UHGV virus genome: UHGV-0267296
Length of the DNA stretch: 37,199 bases
Source: a virus
Reading direction: 5' to 3' (one strand)
A model generated the notes under the pieces. It saw only the letters and a list, made by a program, of their open reading frames with translations, was not told where the DNA came from and did not search any database. Positions 36,220 to 37,199 of this stretch are shown one piece after another (within the stretch, counting starts at the first letter, position 1; every line of letters starts with the position of its first letter). Made by a program: the position numbers and the translations under genes.

Positions 36220-36444
36220 ATGGAAAAAATGAAATTACCGGCAGTGCCGGAGCTGGCACTGATCCCGATCGAACGGAGAAGCTTGCCGGAAGCGGATCAC
36301 AAGCAGGAGAGCCGAAAGATCCGGAGCAAAAGAAAAGAAAGAGACAGCGCTGCAAGAGGACTGATCGCGGTAACAGTCGCAAGCATGATGTTAAATGCGG
36401 TGATGGCTGTGATTATTTATATCTTGCAGGCAGGACCGATCTAA
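36220..36444 (+). CDS. hypothetical protein with C-terminal TM helix
   Basis: RBS gaaaggaaggacaagc before ATG; C-terminus LIAVTVASMMLNAVMAVIIYIL. Confidence 0.45.
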   Translation: MEKMKLPAVPELALIPIERRSLPEADHKQESRKIRSKRKERDSAARGLIAVTVASMMLNAVMAVIIYILQAGPI

Positions 36445-36460
36445 GGAGGTGAACAAAGAA

Positions 36461-36652
36461 ATGGACGAAGAGGTAAAGAAAGATGCCGAAGAAGAAATGA
36501 ACTGCATCTTAGAACTGCTTGAAGAATGGTGTCTGAAATACGATCAGGATTATGCAAACGCGGTTGTGCTTGTGAAACATAATCAGATCACATCATGGGG
36601 AAGTATAGGAAATCACGAAGACCTCGTTTGCAGAATAAAAGAGCGCCCATAA
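36461..36652 (+). CDS. acidic hypothetical protein (63 aa)
   Basis: ATG 36461 with RBS aaggaggtgaacaaaga. The ORF track begins at GTG 36449. The stop lies inside direct repeat R2. Confidence 0.45.
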   Translation: MDEEVKKDAEEEMNCILELLEEWCLKYDQDYANAVVLVKHNQITSWGSIGNHEDLVCRIKERP

Positions 36653-36697
36653 ATGAGGCGGCAACCTCTAGGACGCATAGTTAAAAAATCATTTTTA
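36640..36697. repeat. Direct repeat R2 (copy of R1 at 187..247; outer hairpin stem degraded)
   Basis: aaaagagcgcccataaatgaggcggcaacctctaggacgcatagttaaaaaatca; 55/58 identical to R1. Confidence 0.7.
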
Positions 36698-36720
36698 TTA
36701 TAACAGAAAGGGTGAAGAAA

Positions 36721-37199
36721 GTGAAGAAATTTGAATTAACAAATGAATTTATTACAAATATGTTCGGGACAAAGCTGTTCCGCATCCGTGCCCTTGTTGA
36801 GTTCGGCGATGTGGAAGCCGGAGAACTTGGCGGGTATGTGGAGAAGGAATCAAACCTTGGTCATGACGACAATGCGTGGGTGTACGACAATGCGTGGGTG
36901 TACGGCAATGCGCTGGTGTGCGGCAATGCGCGGGTGTGCGGCGATGCGCGGGTGTGCGGCAATGCGCTGGTGTGCGGCAATGCGCTGGTGTACGACAATG
37001 CGTGGGTGTACGGCAATGCGCGGGTGTGCGGCAATGCGCTGGTGTACGACAATGCGTGGGTGTACGGCAATGCGCGGGTGTGCGGCGATGCGCGGGTGTG
37101 CGGCGATGCGCGGGTGTGCGGCAATGGGGACTATGCATACGCTCACGGTTTCGGATCTGTCAACCGTACAACGACCTTCTTCCGTCTCAAAGATGGTGG
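36721..37199 (+). CDS. hexapeptide-repeat (N-A-x-V-x-G/D) protein, N-terminal part; runs off the right end and plausibly continues at 2..139
   Basis: GTG start with SD aaaggg; after a 48-aa leader, ~14 consecutive 6-aa repeats NAWVYD/NALVCG/NARVCG/DARVCG then GNGDYAYAHGFGSVNRTTTFFRLKDG; no stop before the window end. Confidence 0.6.
   Translation, partial: MKKFELTNEFITNMFGTKLFRIRALVEFGDVEAGELGGYVEKESNLGHDDNAWVYDNAWVYGNALVCGNARVCGDARVCGNALVCGNALVYDNAWVYGNARVCGNALVYDNAWVYGNARVCGDARVCGDARVCGNGDYAYAHGFGSVNRTTTFFRLKDG
36865..37126. repeat. tandem array of ~14.5 imperfect 18-bp units (consensus gacaatgcgtgggtgtac / ggcaatgcgcgggtgtgc)
   Basis: Directly visible periodicity; causes all six frames to be open locally (minus-strand ORFs 36752..37138, 36850..37146, 36861..37124 are repeat artefacts). 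Confidence 0.9.

Noticed and set aside
187-36697. The ~58-bp direct repeats R1/R2, ~36.4 kb apart, considered as prophage attL/attR
   Set aside because: The only integrase is a large serine recombinase, which does not generate long direct repeats. The repeats bracket a single gene, if the sequence is circular, rather than the phage. The integrase lies mid-window, not at an end.
36865-37126. Regularly spaced 18-bp repeats considered as a CRISPR array
   Set aside because: Units are contiguous with no spacers. They are in frame and encode a hexapeptide-repeat protein. No cas genes.
36752-37146. Three long minus-strand ORFs (36752..37138, 36850..37146, 36861..37124) with repetitive H/R/T/P-rich translations
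   Set aside because: They arise because the tandem 18-bp repeat has no stop codons in any frame. The + strand frame has a start, an RBS and a coherent hexapeptide periodicity.

Overview
The window reads as one nearly complete temperate siphovirus-type phage genome of about 37 kb and roughly 45% GC, of Firmicutes/Clostridia style; almost every gene is on the + strand. The modules run in order: a recombination/replication module (DUF1351-like, ERF, SSB, ERCC4-like nuclease, CHC2 primase zinc finger, large Walker-ATPase primase/helicase protein, then an iteron/palindrome region that looks like an origin); early small genes; an orphan C5-cytosine methyltransferase; an ArpU-like late regulator; a tRNA-like fragment; a Dam-type N6-adenine methyltransferase; then terS, terL, portal, MuF minor head protein, scaffold, major capsid, head-tail adaptors, major tail, a G/GT chaperone with a -1 frameshift site, tape measure, Dit- and Tal-like proteins, a receptor-binding protein and further tail genes; a lysis cassette (XhlA-like, holin, amidase endolysin); a convergent large serine integrase; and a lysogeny switch (CI-like repressor divergent from a Cro-like gene) followed by small early genes. 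The integrase sits between the lysis module and the CI/Cro switch, and both window ends fall inside the same hexapeptide-repeat ORF on the same strand in a continuous reading frame. Both facts suggest a circular (excised, episomal or circularly permuted) phage sequence rather than a prophage with host flanks. Unusual items found by reading the sequence: (1) a putative invertible host-range switch, with two alternative ~120-aa C-terminal cassettes for the receptor-binding tail protein bounded by perfect 21-bp inverted repeats that both encode NKYLSEL, and no linked invertase; (2) a MuF minor-head protein carrying a C-terminal HExxH (zincin-like) extension, followed by an overlapping 60-aa candidate immunity gene (MuF polymorphic-toxin architecture); (3) a type-I-like toxin-antitoxin candidate upstream of the integrase (consensus sigma70 promoter, ~100-nt RNA, convergent overlapping 27-aa hydrophobic peptide gene with a strong RBS); (4) a HicA-HicB pair inserted inside the lysis cassette with its own consensus promoter embedded in ATACGT direct repeats; (5) an atypically long PemK/MazF-like protein with a small upstream partner ORF next to CI; (6) a hexapeptide-repeat (NAxVxG) protein gene built on ~14 tandem 18-bp DNA repeats and bracketed by ~58-bp direct repeats that carry a nested hairpin.
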